A stretch of 64,000 bases of DNA from Podarcis pityusensis (lineage: Eukaryota). Position numbers and translations under genes: made by a program. Location: assembly GCA_964106645.2 (NCBI GenBank), contig OZ067043.1. The stretch is one strand, 5' to 3'. The notes below the pieces were generated by a model. The model did no database searches. It saw nothing but the letters and a program-made list of their open reading frames with translations, and had not been told where the DNA came from. Below, in pieces: positions 62,325 to 64,000 of the stretch (its first letter is position 1; each line of letters starts with the position of its first letter).

Positions 62325-62759
62325 TGTCAGGGAACTGACATCGGAGCCAGAGGTGGAGGCAAGGCTCCCAAGCGATGCTGGAGAAGGGCCCAGCAGGGAG
62401 AGAGGCAGCTCATCAGCTGGGGAAGGAAATCAGTGTAACACCAGGGATAAAGGGGGGCAGCTGGGGGAATCAGCGAGGGGGCTCCAGGACTCCTCGCCGG
62501 AGACCAGCGGGGAGAGCACGGGTCCTCCGCTACCCACACCCTCCCTGCGCAGAAGACTTCCGCGCAGGGAGAGTAGGAGGAGACTTGGCGTCAAACAGCT
62601 TTTATGCTGGAAAAGGTTTAAGAAACGCCCACTGACGGATTCTGCTAGCGACTGAAACAGCCACGAAGTGAAGGGCTGTCCAGACAGAAAAGGTTTAACA
62701 AGGCAATCTAGCCAGGAGTGGCGGCAACTTATGCACGAGCAACCCCTATATTTATTACA
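62325..62759 (+). mobile_element. Solo LTR (435 bp, Gypsy-like); orientation inferred
   Basis: TGT...ACA termini; perfect 5-bp TSD GGTAA at 62320-62324 and 62760-62764. Confidence 0.85.
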
Positions 62760-62850
62760 GGTAATTTATGGACCTAATAGGTATCTAAAGCCATTTGCAC
62801 ATAACAAAATAGGAGCCTACGCAACACGAAACACTGTTGCCGTATGTAGG

Positions 62851-62882
<32 letters not shown>

Positions 62883-62973
62883 TCTTACATTTTGGAAATG
62901 TACATCCAGGGGTTTTTTTCTTTAATTTTTTGGGGGGCCCCAAGAGAGCGGGACCCTAAGCTATAGCTTGTTT

Positions 62974-63326
62974 GTTGTTGTTTAGTCGTTTAGTCGTGTC
63001 CGACTCTTCGTGACCCCATGGACCAGAGCACACCAGGCACTCCTGTCTTCCACTGCCTCCCGCAGTTTGGTCATACTCATGTTTGTAGCTTTGAGAACAC
63101 TGTCCAACCATCTCGTTCCTCTGTTGTCCCCTTCTTCTTGTGCCCTCAATCTTTCCCAACATCAGGGTCTTTTCCAGGGAGTCTTCTCATCTCATGAGGT
63201 GGCCAAAGTATTGGAGCCTCAGCTTCACGATCTGTCCTTCCAGTGAGCACTCAGGGCTGATTTCCTTAAGAATGGATACGTTTGATCTCCTTGCAGTCCA
63301 TGGGACTCTCAAGAGTCTCCTCAGGC
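62974..63326 (-). mobile_element. BovB (RTE) LINE, 5'-truncated
   Basis: RRLLRVPWTARRSN.SILKEISPECSLEGQI.KLRLQYFGHLMRREDSLEKTLMLGKIEG...VHGVTKSRTRL; (CAA)n tail; 11-bp TSD ATAGCTTGTTT at 62963-62973 and 63327-63337. Confidence 0.93.
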
Positions 63327-63419
63327 ATAGCTTGTTTAGCTTATAGGTAAATCTGGCACAGCATCCACAAGAAGCTCTTTAAACACATCAGTAGCAGAGC
63401 ACCACCTAGGAGTGAGGCT

Positions 63420-63575
63420 GGACCCTTAGATGGCAAGGGAGTCAAAGGTATGCTAGAGGAGGATAAGGAGCTTGCAGAGAAACTGAATTACTATTTTTTG
63501 CACCTGTCTTCACAGCAGAATATATAGAGCAGATCCCAGTGTCTGAATTAACTTTTGCAGGAAGTGAGTCTGAGA
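63420..63575 (+). mobile_element. CR1 LINE ORF2 internal fragment
   Basis: GPLDGKGVKGMLEEDKELAEKLNYYFAPVFTAE. Confidence 0.75.
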
Positions 63576-63702
63576 ATAGGGGATGAAGTTCTGGGCCTAA
63601 TACACTGAATAAAAACCGACAAATCACTGAGTTCGGGTGGCATGAATGTGAGAGATCTAAAACAAACTCAGTTGTGACAACAACCAGCATTTTGAATGGG
63701 AC

Positions 63703-63935
63703 CTAGAAGCACACTGGCAACAGGTTCAGAATCACTGTTATCTGCTCAGGTTGCTTGGTCTTCACAAGCAACCAAACAGGTGCAACTTCCACACTGCCTT
63801 CAAAGGCGGGCACCCATAGAGTGCATTGTAGTAGTCCAGTCTGGATGGAACATACGGTAACTGGAACATGAACGGCTATGGCAAGCTCTGCTTTCTCCAT
63901 AAAGGGAGATATCAGCTCAAGCTGCTTGAATGAAT
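63703..63935 (-). mobile_element. L2 LINE ORF2 C-terminal fragment, decayed
   Basis: SRLDYYNALYG..PLK and ITVIL..LPV resemble the L2 motifs LDYCNALY.GLP / HITP.L..LHWLPV. Confidence 0.6.
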
Positions 63936-64000
63936 AGGTGTTGGTCATATATAAAAAAGATTCTGTAGTTTAAAAAATCTTCGTGAATGCTATCTGCACC

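Larger units (their letters stand above)
62197..63361. mobile_element. hAT MITE hosting two nested insertions
   Basis: TIRs CAGGGCTGGATTTA / TAAATCTGGCACAG; perfect 8-bp TSD CATCCACA at 62189-62196 and 63362-63369. Confidence 0.85.

Overview
Vertebrate, not microbial, DNA: the repeats (three Sauria SINEs, BovB, CR1, L2, hAT and Tc1/mariner MITEs) point to a squamate, most likely a lacertid lizard. The only host coding sequence I can support is the first coding exon of a FREM1-type gene on the - strand (CDS 736..497, canonical GTAAGT donor). The remaining ~63 kb is the 5' intron/upstream region of that gene, with candidate conserved non-coding elements and many transposon insertions. The most notable element is a very young Ty1/copia-type LTR element (36451-39371; two apparently identical 425-bp LTRs, 5-bp TSD). 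Its LTR carries an initiator-tRNA-Met-like, cloverleaf-foldable cassette just upstream of a copia-type half-tRNAiMet primer-binding site. Its single 581-codon ORF stays open although the protease active site is mutated and the integrase core and RT/RNaseH are missing. Also notable are a full-length 2.2-kb non-autonomous L1 derivative (one ORF plus a TAATG-coupled ORF2 tail remnant) with a second truncated copy, a triple-nested hAT/solo-LTR/BovB insertion, and a DIRS-like composite. Family assignments come from recalled consensus motifs, not database searches.
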